Source of the DNA: Pseudovirgaria hyperparasitica
Lineage: Eukaryota
DNA length: 64,000 bases
NCBI GenBank assembly: GCA_010093815.1
Contig: ML996575.1
Strand: one strand, 5' to 3'
Shown: positions 35,758-48,646 of the stretch, piece after piece
Position numbering within the stretch: the stretch's first letter is position 1
How the letters are laid out: the number at the start of each line of letters is the position of its first letter
Program-made: the position numbers and the translations under genes
The notes under the pieces: generated by a model
What the model was told of the DNA's origin: nothing
Databases searched by the model: none
Seen by the model: only the letters and a program-made list of their open reading frames with translations

Positions 35758-37813
35758 CTATTTATCACGACGATAGCCACTATCGTCCGAGCTATACCTA
35801 CTCAGACCGAGGCAGTCGGCCATACCAAAGAAAACATCCGTACTACTATATACACCACCAAAAAGCTCCTGGCATGGGCCCATGGCAAAGACTGGGACAT
35901 CGGTAAGTGAGTGGACACCTTGGCTGTTTTCCACAGGAAGGGTCCCATTGACGACGAGGCCATCAGGATTGTCCGACGGGTTAACGAAGTAATTGTTTGG
36001 ACCCGTGAGATTACGCGATGGTGTACGAGGGCCGGTTTGGTGTACTTTGTAGTTCTCGCGACGGTCGGGGTTCGCCATGAAGCCGTCAAATAGCGTGTAT
36101 CGTGGATCCCAGTTGGAGGGGAAGTGAACACCGTCAGTGTAGGTCAAGTTCCCGGTGTTGGCGTACTGCGACAGACCAGAGTTCTGGTATGTACCGACGG
36201 CCTGGCGCTTCGAGCGCGTGTTGTTCTGCGCAGAGAGATACTTTGTGTCAACGCTACCAGCCACATCAAAGCCGTGACCATGATCAGCTGTGACGAGGAT
36301 GAGGGTCTCCTTGAGCGTGCCAAGCTCTTTCAGATGCTCAATACTAGCGCGGATAGTGTCGTCAAGCTCGAGCAACTCGCCCAGCGCACGGTCGTAGTCG
36401 AGGAGATGCATTTGCTTGTCTATAGAGGCCGCCTCGGACATGATGAACCAGCCGTTATCACCGGCGCGAGTATTGAGTATGTCGATGGCCTTGAGCGTCA
36501 TCTGTTTCAGGCCAGGTTGGTTCACGGCGTCAGCTTTGTTCCCGTCGGGGCTGTTGGACTGGTTACGGAGGTTGTTGGTGTAGACGTTGCGATCGAGCCA
36601 TTTGGCCATATTGCTAACGGAGAAGATCCCGAGTGCGCGTTCGTCGTTGCTTAAGCTTGATAAGGAGTCGGCGTCTTGTGCAAGCTGGTAGCCCTTATTC
36701 TGGAATTCGAGATAGTAGTCTTTGTCCATATAAGTTCTACCGCCCTTGCTCGAGTTGTAGAATTGCTCGGCGCCACCTCCGAAAAGAACGTCAGGGCCAG
36801 TCCAGTTTGTCCAGGTGTAGTTGGTGATGCCGTTCAGAAAAGAGTCCACGACGGCTCCATACTGATCACGATCGCGCGTGTGAGCAGTCAATCCAGCAGG
36901 AGTAGCATCGGCGATGAAGGCTGTTGATACAATCCCGATGTGGCCACCATAGACACGATGGAAGATCTCGGCAATAGTCTCAATCTTTGGGTCATCGAAG
37001 GGGTTCTTGCTGGAGTCGGCGTAGACGCCTAGACAGTTCACAGTAGTCTTGTGGCCGCTGTAAAGGGTGGTGGCTGAATTGGCACTGTCGGTTATGAAGG
37101 AATCCATAGAGTGCGTCATCTGGTGACCGAGTACAGGGAACTTGTCCATTTGCATCAAACTCTTGTACTTTCCATTTACAGACTTGTGAGCAATAAGGCG
37201 TGCGGCAGTGATCATGTTCGTTGTCATACCATCCCCAATGAAAAGCAGAATATTCTTCGTCTTGCGCTCTTCGTCGAGATCGCGGACAATCCAGTTCGCC
37301 ACGGTCTGCTGGCCATCGTAGTAGGTGAGAGTGGCCTCGTATTCGCCGGCTTCGTAGAGGGCGACCTTGCGGTAGGCCTTTGCGGTGACATTCACAAGGG
37401 ATGGTCTGCCCATGTCACGAGCAAACAGGTCCTCGGTCCAGGTGAAGTTCCATCTCTCTAGTTGCGGCTCGTCCAATTGAAAGTATTTGGCAGCGGGCAC
37501 TGGTTCGTCGTCGGAGTCCTTCTTTTTGATAGTGAAGGTGAAGTGCTCGTCCGGGGACCTGGAGATGGCCTCGGAGCCATTGACTGGTGCGTGGACCTCC
37601 AGGCGAATGTCGAAGTACTGTCCCGCAAGAAAGTCGGCTTCGTCAGGAGGAAAGACGCAACCTAGATCACTGTAAGTGTCTGTGAGTAGGCTGAGAAACC
37701 ATTGCTAGCACACCTAACGTAGGGCAGCCACCCAGTCTCTGGAAAGTCTGCGCACGAGACAAGCCAAGTAGGGCTCCAGCGACAGCAAAAGCAGCAGTCT
37801 TGTAAGCAACCAT
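35758..37813 (-). CDS. Secreted alkaline phosphatase with an extra N-terminal domain; exons 37813-37714, 37661-35758
   Basis: Signal peptide MVAYKTAAFAVAGALLGLSRA; NILLFIGDGM, ITDSANSAT (catalytic Ser), ADATPA, SEAASIDKQMH, VTADHGH, GVHSLTDVP. 52-nt intron; TATAAA on the minus strand at 37885-37880. Confidence 0.93.
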
Positions 37814-38432
37814 GACTGTCAATTGAGATGCGCAGGACGTGAGCCGTAAAGTCCCCAACGAGCAGGGCTAGCTTGAATCTTTATACTTCTCAGCTGTCCG
37901 CAATTTCGCGTACCCACGCCCATGCCCACACCCATGCTTCTGGAACTCGCCTTTTCGTTCCAGCAACCAGGACAGCGACGCGGAGTTTGCGCAAAACGTG
38001 CGGATTGCTGGGTTGTCAATGGCTTCACGGGCGAGGACGCCGCCTCTCGCCAAGGTGGACGAGCATCAGAGGCGTTCGGTGGCACGTCAAGCACCTTACG
38101 AGATGCTTCTTGCAGTAAGGGCAGACGCGGATGGGCCCACGGCAGACGGGAGGTGAGGGTGAAGGTAGAGGGTTCTTGGCAGAAGCGTGCGGAGACGCAG
38201 CTTTCTCATTCGCGGTGCGGCCCTTCTCAGTGCTTGTACGCTCTTGGCAGCTCCTGGACAGGAGCTGACAGCTCTGATCAGTGTATAGGGCGACGACGGC
38301 GATATCAATGTGATGCCATGGTCGTTGCGAGGGCGCTGCGATAGATGCTCAAAGGGCCAGATTCATGTCGTGCGTCAGAAGGCGTTGGATGCATGAGATA
38401 CGAGAAGAGAAAAGAAGTGTGATCACTGCCAT

Positions 38433-38438
38433 CACGTG
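38433..38438. promoter_or_regulatory. CACGTG E-box (candidate Pho4/NUC-1/PalcA site) upstream of the alkaline phosphatase
   Basis: TCACGTGG ~620 bp upstream of the phosphatase ATG, followed by a CACATG variant. Confidence 0.4.
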
Positions 38439-39883
38439 GTCACATGATGACGCGCTTGACTGACGTCTTGGCAACTCTTGGACATACGCGTAGGTAGAGC
38501 CATGTTAGGTAGGTACGGACGGCCCGCCCTGTACACCTCAGGCTGTCCAGGGCTCTGCATGAACTATTCCATGATCCCCACTCGCTAGTAACTTGCGAGA
38601 ATTGTGTTCGACAAATCAATGGTCGTGGTAGGGACAAAGATTGACAGTCAGCTAGTAGACCTGGTGCGGGCACCGTTGCGGAAGATCTGAAGTCGAACTA
38701 ACATCACGATAATAGTGGACGATCGATGGACAAGACGGGCTAAAGATGCAGTATATCAATCAACCCATCGCTGAAGTCTACAGTCAGGGAGACCGTAGAT
38801 AGAAGTCCTCCTATTGATAATGATTGCAAATGGTGCTGTACAAGTGCGAGGCGGGATGTTGCGCAGGAACGCTAATCTAATGAAAGGCCAGGCGACGTGT
38901 GTGCATTCTTATGTGAAGTTCTAAGATTCCAAGCTACCTTAGTATCCAAAAAGGGTCTGAAACAGACTATAAAGTGAAATCTGATCTGTCAGAGCAAGCT
39001 GGGGATGATGCCGGCTGGCGATGCAAGTTCCGAAACTCAGGCAGGGGGATTGAGAGTCGGATAGCCGTATTATCCCATCGGCAAGGTGACCGTGATCAGA
39101 CCGTTGACCCGGAGCGTCCGGCAAGACTGATATATGCAAGATAGCAAGACGGCGGTGCACTTGGCCTTGGAGCCATGCATCATGGATCCATCGCACTACT
39201 CGAGTGGGGAGAGGGTGGAGACGGTAAGACCCTGGTTCCTGACTTAACATGAGGTCCAGTCCTAGATTTGCACTGCCTTGTCTTACGATGTCGCGAATGT
39301 TGCCTGTAGTGGCCGGATTACGCGGAATCTGGGCAGATGTCCGCTGACGTTGCCGTTGACGCTGACATGGTCTGAGGTGTGTCTGGCTACCTCCCAGTCA
39401 TGGCAATAGGTGTAGCGGTACTACAGGTAGTTAGATCTAATCGTTGTAGTGGAGAATAGGTTTGGAAGTGGATTAATATTACGTAGATTACAATTGATGT
39501 TGGCGTATAGGTAGGTCCAGTCCGGTGGGGCGGCCGTGCTGAGAAGTGCGCCACTTAAGATGACATGAACGCGACGGCACCAGCCGGCTGTGGCGGTTGC
39601 TTTTGGTTCTGGATCTGGCGCCGGACCTTGCTCATCGCTTAGGCATGTCTGAGTCTGAGATGCGTAATATGTAGCATAGACCTGGAAGCCAGTCAGCACC
39701 ACAAGCACATACACATATATATATATACTGCTACCTAGATGATACATATTATATAGGTATAAACTGACTTTAGTAATTATACATGATAGTACAAGCTTCT
39801 AAGAGAACATGTGCTCACTGTGAGGAGTAGACACCGCTAGTGCACTATAATAGTCTACCTTAGCTAGGTAGACCTCCACGTGC

Positions 39884-39939
39884 GCCACACGTTTAGCTGC
39901 CAACAAGCCACACGTTCAGCTGCTAACAAGCCACACGTT
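39884..39939. repeat. 23-bp tandem repeat (~2.4 copies), each with CACGTT
   Basis: GCCACACGTTTAGCTGCCAACAA / GCCACACGTTCAGCTGCTAACAA / GCCACACGTT. Confidence 0.85.
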
Positions 39940-41024
39940 ATGACCTACAAACCTCCTACTTTGGGCTAGTCGACAACACGACTCGACGTGACCTGTCCGT
40001 GGATTTGATAATAATGATTAATTACCATCTGTAGTCTATGTCATACTATAATTATATCATGACCATCTCCTCGCCGCCTCAGTAAAATCTAGCCGTACGC
40101 GGATATTTGTAGTATCAATGATGCTGCTTGATTTTGTGCTTCTTCGGAAACAATGACGCTAGTGGCTTCACACTCGACGCCCCTTCAGACCCGTCCGTTA
40201 ACGCCTCCTCTTTGCTATCCTCTCATCGTCCCTCTCGGGGCACTTACGGACTCGTCTCGTCTCGTCTCGGTCTGCGAGGCTGCTCACGCCAACATGTTCG
40301 GCCCCAGACTGTCAGATCCCTGTTGGACAGGTCATGCCATGTGTGTAGTGAGCCTTAGTAAACCCTAGGACCAGTTCCATATAGATACCCAGCTGCTTGT
40401 CTACACCTAGCAGTACGCTAGGCTAGACTCCCCAATTATCCTGTCTCCGCCATCGCTTGCTGCTCGCAGCCGGACACCCGCTACAATGCACCGTCTACAG
40501 CCTTGTCCAGTTCCCGATTGGTTCCGCCTCCAAACTTTTCTTCATCTGACTTGAATCGATTCTGTCCATCAAGATGGAAAGATGACCCTCTGTATATATA
40601 TATTCCATCTATGTGTAGTAGATTCATTCTTTTGCCCGACCTCGCGCTCCGCTGAATAGGAATATGATACTTGCGAAGAAAATGAGGTTCGTATATCCAA
40701 TACAACACGTCATTTAGAAGGACAATATGACATGACTTGACGACTTGTCGGCTCTTGTTTACACCAAGTAGATCCGTCGAGGGCAATGCCGATGGAGTTA
40801 AATCTTAGAACTGTGTTAAGTTACAGGCCCATCCGTGTCGTATGTGCTCTGTGACTCCTGGAAATGCTATGGAATGCTCGCAAATCTTCAATCCGTAAAT
40901 TCAATCTGCTAGGTTGCGGTCGTTCTCATGTGTATGTCGTGTTCTTCGTCATAGCATCAAGGTCATTTTGACGTGCGTGTCGTACTATTCGTCACCGTAT
41001 CAAGGTCGTAATGTCCATGAGGTC

Positions 41025-41957
41025 TCATTGCGCCGGACTTGTCTCACTCGCTTCGTCCTCTCCAATATCCATCTTGTATTGCTCGTCTCTCTCCTCACCC
41101 TCGGCCACGCTCTCGTCTACTTCGCGCAGCCAATCTCTCTTCAAAACCTCCATCGGTGGATCTTCGCTTCGCAGACTCCCGGCCCCGCCTCTCTTCTCAC
41201 CTTTGCCTTCCCCTCTCTTGCGAGGATGGAAATGCATTCGCCGCAGATGGCTTGCTGCATTATAGCATTCATTGTATCGCTTGCCGGTGGTACATGATTT
41301 GCAATTCGACAAGAAACTATGGTCAGGCGACGCATCTACTGTCATCCACACTTTACGCGATGTGACGTGCACGCGGTTTGCGTGCCGACGAAGTTCATGT
41401 TCTGACCTAAACCCATCCGGGTGGTCGTTGCATTTGGGACAGTAAAGCTTGTGATGCCTTGGTGAGCTTGCTACAGCAGACGTACTCGCACTCGAGACTG
41501 CACTCGACGCTGTGGGTGTGCGCTGCAAGTTGAGCGAAGAGTTTGGTGGATTCGCACTACTGGGAGAGGGTATCCGTAGCTGTGTAGTCTGGATCTGGGG
41601 CTTCGATTTCAGGCAACGCGGAGATGTATCGTCGCTTGAGGCAGCAGCAAGGCACTCCGGGTGCATGCAACGGACCGGAGACGCCATATATGGTGCGGCA
41701 GTATGTGGTGATGTATGCCGTGTGCGTGACGGCTCAATGGCCACTGGAGGACGCCGTTGTACAGCAATCTGTGGTGGCAGTGCACACAACAGATGTGGAT
41801 GTGATGAGAACGACGATCTACCGGCGGGAGATCTACCTTTGTCCCAGCTACTGGTAGGAAGGGATGGTTGGTCGGACTGGAGTGAATGGGAGAAATAGTT
41901 CTGCTCGTTCGCGGTTGCGGGCGTGAGGGATGATGACGCAGTGAGTGCTGACTGCAT
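41025..41957 (-). CDS. C2H2-type zinc-finger protein resembling 'key lime pathogenicity' (KLAP1-like) fungal proteins
   Basis: CPKCNDHPDGFRSEHELRRHANRVH...CKSC...YNAASHLRRMHF...EKRGG...PPMEVLK..W. Ser/Pro-rich N-terminus; very long upstream intergenic region typical of a regulator. Confidence 0.75.
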   Translation of the reverse strand: MQSALTASSSLTPATANEQNYFSHSLQSDQPSLPTSSWDKGRSPAGRSSFSSHPHLLCALPPQIAVQRRPPVAIEPSRTRHTSPHTAAPYMASPVRCMHPECLAAASSDDTSPRCLKSKPQIQTTQLRIPSPSSANPPNSSLNLQRTPTASSAVSSASTSAVASSPRHHKLYCPKCNDHPDGFRSEHELRRHANRVHVTSRKVWMTVDASPDHSFLSNCKSCTTGKRYNECYNAASHLRRMHFHPRKRGEGKGEKRGGAGSLRSEDPPMEVLKRDWLREVDESVAEGEERDEQYKMDIGEDEASETSPAQ

Positions 41958-42337
41958 ATAGTAGGTCGGTGGAATACTGCTGCAGCTCGTATCGTTGGCA
42001 GGATGTCGCGGTGAAGCTGGCCCCAAGATTAGAAGACAGGGTAAATGAAAGACAAGGCTCGCAGATCGAGGTGAGCAGTGATTGATAGGTTTGTTTGGGG
42101 TCCGAAAGAACGGCCAGGATGCAGCTAAAGTAATCCCCGTCCTAACTAACGCGGATGATCTGCCGCAGAATAGAGTTCTCGGGAAATGTAGAGCGGGATG
42201 TTTAGAAAGAAGAGTCGAGATGGGTAAAAATCCCCTCCACGACTTCTTGAATACTGGTGCTCGGTTCTTGCTTGAGATGGCTGTTCGTTGGAGCTCAGCC
42301 GGGAACAACGATAGGAGAAGAAGCAGGGCAGTTTTGT

Positions 42338-42408
42338 CTGGAAAGTGAGCAAATGCTGTCCATAGGTAAAACGGTCGGATGGAGTGTGCAGATGGTCTGC
42401 CTACTAAC
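42338..42408 (-). other. Probable 5'-UTR intron of the zinc-finger gene
   Basis: On the minus strand GTTAGT...GCTCAC TTTCCAG, 71 nt. Confidence 0.55.
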
Positions 42409-45400
42409 ATCTAATACCCGACAAAGTGATCGATGGCAGCTGCGGCAGTCATGGACGAGGGCACCAAACGGCAGTTCTCAAAGCTTTATGACGGAGAAGG
42501 CCACGAGTGGTAGTAGTGGAGTTTGGATAGAAGAGGGAGGTGCTAGTACAAATAAGAGATGTTGGTATAGTGTTTAGTATAGTAAGGAGAAGGGGGGGGG
42601 GTAGGGGGGTTGGAGGTGTAGGGGGAGCTGAGTCGTCATTAGATCATTGGAGCACTGTGCGCAAAGTAGGCGGTGGATGGCAGAGAAGGAGAAGCGTACG
42701 AGTACAAGAAGAGCCTGAGAAGTGTACCATTATAGCGACTAATTAGACAAGACAAGGACAGTCGAGAGTCAGGACGCGGGAAGGGCATCAGACTGGGACG
42801 ACATGATGCACATGCACCACCTACATCAGCCCTGCTCAGCCTCGCTATCAAGTCGTGTATTATGTGCTATGTCGGCCAGTCGTGGAGCTGTGGAGACGCG
42901 ATGCTTGACCATTGCCATAATCGCTTGGATGTTGCGGCTAGTAAACCGGGTGGCTTTTGGCCAAATACGCGATTCGGGACGTGTTTACTCAGCTTACCAC
43001 TCCGACACCACAGCATAGCTTCGGTCTGCCTATCTGTGCCTTGGTCTGGCTGACATGACGCGCAGAGGAGTGCGTCGACAACGGTAATGAGCAGGTGGCG
43101 CCGCAACAAGGGCATGAGAATATCATGACTGAGAAAATGGAGCAGAATGTGGTGAGGATCGGAATGAAGACAAGTCGGGAACATAACACACGGGTGTGTC
43201 CGTAGCTTAGTCACGTGTATTGGCATCCTCTCGTCAGTCAGGATGAGTCCAGCCCTCCAATTAAAACCCTTGTCTGCTGCCAAGCTAGAGGTGTCCGGTG
43301 TTCGATGTGGGCTGTCTACCCGAGATGTCAGGTGACTCAGAATTACCGTTAATTACACCTAGTTTGTCAGATGCATATTGATGACTAAGCTCTAGCCTCA
43401 GGCCCGATCGATATACCACTTCCATCCTCCTTCAGCTTCGTCTACACCTTCACCTTCACCTTCACCTATATCTTATTCTTATTCTTACTCTTCTGCTCGT
43501 TATCTTCACTTCCACCTTCACCTCCACTTCGCCTCCGCCTCCATGCTCATGTCCATTATCATGTCCGTCTTAATTCGCCACATGTTAGTCATCCATCATC
43601 CGTCCACTCACCATCCACGATTCGTCCCTCATCAGCTTCAGCTTGCAATACTACTGCCGCCCCGCCTGTCTCGATGATGGCGGCGCCGTGGCTTATGGAG
43701 CATGAGGGGGACTTGTAACCGTCAGGCGCAGGGCAGGCTCAGGTCAAAACTCCCGTTGCGTCCGCCTCACGCTCGTGTTCGTCGCGAGAAATTTCCCTTT
43801 CGCCGCTCGTGTTGACGCCTCGTTCGCATCATCGACGCCACCAGTGGCGCCAAAGTTTCGCCCGGCATCATGCCCCTAACCAGTCCTGACTCTCGCCCTG
43901 TCTCGCAGCATCATTGGCCACAAGCCTCGTTCCACCTTCTGCACACTTCTCTTCTCTCGTCGTTTTGGAGCTTCCTGCTGTGCTCTATTGACCATGCTAT
44001 GGCTTCGTGATCGCTACAACAACTCCTGCCAACCCCTTGTTACTCCTCTGAATATACTCGATTGTAAGAGCACCGTGAGACGAGCGCCCCTGCTCACCCT
44101 CTGCGCGACGCACCCCCGTCACAACACACTATATCTGTACTCAATCTAGTAGCGTACCAGCCTTGTTCAGCTGTGTCCATGACGCTCTCAGATCCCTCTC
44201 ATGTCGATGCAGCTACTCTAATATCAATGCCTCAGCCAGCTGAAAATATCACTGTCAACAATACTGCCGGCGGAACCGCATCAATCCACTGGCCCATTGT
44301 TGATCTCGCTCCCTCTCTTTATCTCCACCTTACGTCGCAAGCGCATACACCAGCAACACCACGAAGCAAATGACTGAGACGCCAAATACACTAGCTGATC
44401 AATGATTTGTTTGAACTATCGATAGAATGAATGCCTAACCAAGATTTGATGTATCATCGGCACTGCGCACGATCTGCTCTCCCAACGTTATTGGGTAGTC
44501 GTTGGAATAGCAGTGTGTCATTGAAGCACCCGCGCCTCTGGATATATACCCCAGGGACAGCGGAAGAAGGCGAGCATAGCGCTTGGTGGAAGGGTATGAG
44601 TTTTTTCATCAATAACACCCATATTGTCGACCGCTAACCGCCTCAGGGGCGGCATTACCCCTGGCTGCCTCACTACTCCCACCCTCTGACCACCCAAGCT
44701 GAAATGGACAAATTCCCAGGTCACAGGGCTGTTACAAACATGTAAGCCATCTCTGATGCTGGTCTGAAGATATCGGCTCTCGAAACAGCGAAACAGCTCG
44801 CCGTCTCTCTGTACCTCGCCGTACGTCAACGTTCTGCTCAGTAAACCTCGCCGAGCTCGATTTTCAAGACGCGCTTGTTAATTCATAGCTGAAGGTGTCT
44901 GTGCAACCCTGAAACGGATCTTCTGTCCTGTCTGTGGACCCAAAGACCATGGCTAACAGCTTGATGGAATCGGGGATTCGTGCTTTCGCCTGAAAGGTTG
45001 ATCCGCTTTGGCTCTGCCGTTACGTGCAGGCCAAGGCGTCAATATCAACAGGTCACAAGCGCTCAATCGCATGGCAAGATCACATTGAGCATGGCTAGAA
45101 ACGTGCTGGATTACTGGTGAGAAATAAGGCGATCTGCGTACACAGGCCCAGCACCAATCGAGCATACAAATAGTTATGAAGACCTCGAAAACGTCGGGCA
45201 TCGACAGTTTGATCCACCGCGCTACTCAATTTTCGTTCCACTCTATCATTTTCTGCGCTGTCTGATATCTGCGACACGTTGTCAACACTGTGTTCTTCAA
45301 CTTCGCAAGAAGTTGGGCTGTGACTACATCACGGCGGCCCTGGTAAGATGATGGTGTGTTCACCACCGCGATAGAAGTGTGCTGGTACTAAGGACTAGAG

Positions 45401-45891
45401 ATTGCATTCATTAGGTGTCCAGGCTACGCATGCCGTGCTACTTGTAGCCTCATAACACAACCTGATAGTATACGTCGCTACTTTCATAAGATCTTTAAAG
45501 TTCCCAATCATCGTACACAATTTGGTAGATACAACATGGACCCATGCTCATTTGTACTGCTGTGCTTCATGGACTCTTCGGAAACACCATGACACAAGCA
45601 CTACGCTTTGGCCGAACCTAATTCCGATGTGGGGGGAATAATTCCGTGAAATCATGGTGACATGTTCAGTGCTGGGAACACGCTTATCAAGGAAGTCGAT
45701 CAATGCGGTTGTCAGATACACCAGTATACTGCTGCAAGAAGAGTGTTACATGAACACGGAAGTAGCTACGAATAATGAATCACGGGAAGCCATATGGCGA
45801 TGGCGCTGTGCCGGAAAAATAATTATAATGAACACTCTGATATAGTGGTGCTGCGTTCGCCGCCGAATTGTGGTGCGACTTCCTTTGAAGT

Positions 45892-46709
45892 CTATTGCTT
45901 CCGGCTCAGCGCAATGCAGCTGAAGCGAAGATCTCCTCCCCCAGCATCGCTCTCCACCTTCATGATCCTTTTCAGTCCCAGTTCAAGTGCTCTTGGACTA
46001 AGAACGTCTTCGTCTTCTGCAAGTTCCCCTCTATCGATAGGGCCTTTTCTCGAGCCTTCCAGTTCCCAAAGTTTGCCTTTGGATTTGACGTAACTGACAA
46101 AATGCTGACCGGCGTGCCCATCCATGTGGGCAGCACTTGTGTCTCCAACCAGCTCAACAGACTTATGGGCTGTCTCAAAAGATCCATTATCATAAAGCAT
46201 CTTCGCACGTGATGTCATGTCAAGCGGTATGGCGCGTTCACGTATGTCTGCGAGATCTGAGTTTGGATTGATGAAATCTACAGCTGGGCCGTTCACGACG
46301 CTGTGAAGAAGACCAATTGATCCGCATGCATTGCCTATGGTCTGCTTGAACCAGATGACTGGTTCTCCTGAGCCAAACCCGGCATAGTCTTCAGTCTCGG
46401 CATCTTCATCCATTCGATCTTTGTCCCACGCTGGGCTGAGAGGAATGATTACAAGAAGCGCGAAGGCGGGTCGAGGAATATGTGCCAGTAGCTCGTACTC
46501 ATCTAGTGAATATACGTCGTAGAATTGCAACTCAGGTGAAACACCCAGCTTCGCTGCGAGTTGATTCATAACATCAGGGTTGTTCTCTGTCATCGAATTA
46601 CATCGGAGATTCGGCCAAAACAAAAGGTTGGCACAGAAGAAGGGCGGGTCTATAGCCTACCGAGCATTATCCATTTCTTCTTCGCACTTTCATCCCCACC
46701 CCGCTGCAT
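45892..46709 (-). CDS. Ubiquitin C-terminal hydrolase, family C12 (UCH-L3/Yuh1-like); exons 46709-46661, 46586-45892
   Basis: WIML|ENNPDVMN, FYDVYSLD, WFKQTIGNACGSIGLLH (Cys), GQHFVSYV (His), LWELEGSRKGP. Confidence 0.9.
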
Positions 46710-48646
46710 TGTTACGAGTCTGCGATACGCACGTTCAGTGACTTACGGGTGACGACAGAGGTTCAAGATTGGCAAACAGGTTGAAATAGATGAATGTTAC
46801 GAGACAAGAGTGTCAGACTTGGAGATAGATGATGTTATGTTATTCATAGATAAGCCTAATATGGACAATATGAAGACGGAAGCTCAGATTAGGATGGATG
46901 GACGTCGGGATTGGGACGAGGGGAGCTTCCAGTTTGCCACTAAGCCCAATCGGATCGGGTGCGATTTGCCAAGTCCTCGTCCTGTTTAGCTATATAGACT
47001 TATGAAGTAAGAAAAGATGATTAGTTCTACATGAATTTCAAGTTCTAAACTCTTTATCTTAGTATATATCATGAGAAACTAGTTCTGAAAGAATAGCTTA
47101 AAACGGAGAGAAGGGATATTGTATGAGTGTTAGCATATTTGTATGAATGCTATTCGTGTGGAAGTTCCTTTTTTCTTGAAAGATTTGTTCTTTCCTTTCT
47201 GAAAAGATTCATATAATCAGTTGAAGCTTGTAAAGATTCTCTATGTAATTATATACTATGATTTCTATCTGAGTAGTTTGAAATATTTATATACATGTGT
47301 ATATATATACATATCGTTGGCTAGAAAGATGGCGCAGAGACCGGGGCACGAGCGCTGAATTTTGCCATGCTGGCCTGGTGGTTTCGATCCATAGTCTTCG
47401 GTAGGTTGTATTGCTTGTCGCATCTGTCCTGGAGAATCGGTTACATCTCAGACACGGGCGATGCTATGTAACTATCATTCTCTCTTGATAGTGGTGTCCA
47501 TGGTCGACAAATCATCGTGACAGGATAATCACTGAAGTCATTACCCATTGCCAGAAACCAGTCAATCAGAGCAAGGTTCTTACAGTCTAGCGTCTTTCAC
47601 CTCACATCTGTAGGGAAGGAGATGCTCTATATCCCAATGCTCCTCGTTCCACACTGGCATCAATGATCATTACCTAGCTCTTTCAGAATATAGACATCGC
47701 GATCCAGGAATGATTAATCAGGCTCCCTAGACCCTTGCGAAGATTAAGGTATGGCTAGGCATCCATTGATGAGTTTGCTGACATGATATAGCAACGGGAG
47801 CCAAAAATCTAGAAGTTAATGAACGGCTGAGTAGCGTCAGACTCTTAGTAAAAGCCTTGAACGCCTAAGCTACTTTGCTTGAGAATCTTTGGACACTAAA
47901 TAAGTAACATGGAACGCTGCATTTCAGAACCACCTTGCATAGTTAGCATTTACTAAACATATACTCCTTATGAAGAGCAACGACTAACGTAGATGTGCGT
48001 AAACGAAAAGTACCAGGCATGGGTCGATCTCGATGCTGTCGCACATACAATTACCGCGCAAGTATAAGTTAGCTTGATCCTACCGTGCGTCTTGTGTTGA
48101 TGAGAAGACAGAAGATAATTATGACGGTATGCACGGCCGTTTATGGTGGCTGAAGTGTTGGAAGCGAATCCAGATACAGCGCAAGGCTGTCGGCGACGAG
48201 GACTAGCGGTAGCCCAACTTGGACTTAGGTAGCACACGACAAACAAACCTTGGAACTTGAAACGCTCAACCCTCACAACCAGCCGAACGATTCTTTATCT
48301 GCACCCTACATGCTCCCGACCACTTATTTTTCACATCAGCGAACTTGCCTAGCTTCAACTTCCCTTATTGCCTAGATCTCTGCGGCCTTGCACAAGCGTT
48401 TCGCAAACTTGCGGCGAGCTGGGTGAAGAAAAGTGTGCATTGCAGTACCCCGCCAGGTTTCCGCTGCAAAACATTCGATGACTCCCGAGCAACAAGCCCT
48501 GCCTAACGTAAAACACTTCGCCGCTACGTACATGACTTGCTGAGGCATACGACACGACACATATAGACCAATGTCATCTACTCGGTAGCACACAAGAGAT
48601 CTTCCTGGACATATAGTGACAGGAGGAGCCTCGCCGCCTAACAATC

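Noticed and set aside
25929..37813. PHO85 and alkaline phosphatase as a phosphate gene cluster
   Set aside because: They are ~9 kb apart with unrelated genes and TE relics between; no evidence beyond proximity.
41958..42410. 150-aa N-terminal extension of the zinc-finger ORF in the track
   Set aside because: Its ATG overlaps a GTTAGT donor of a probable 5'-UTR intron, and the sequence looks like pyrimidine-rich leader.
42600..45800. Short ORFs or a telomerase/snRNA-type ncRNA in the long intergenic region
   Set aside because: No protein motifs, telomere template or snRNA signature found by eye; best read as upstream regulatory DNA. An Rfam search is needed to exclude an ncRNA.
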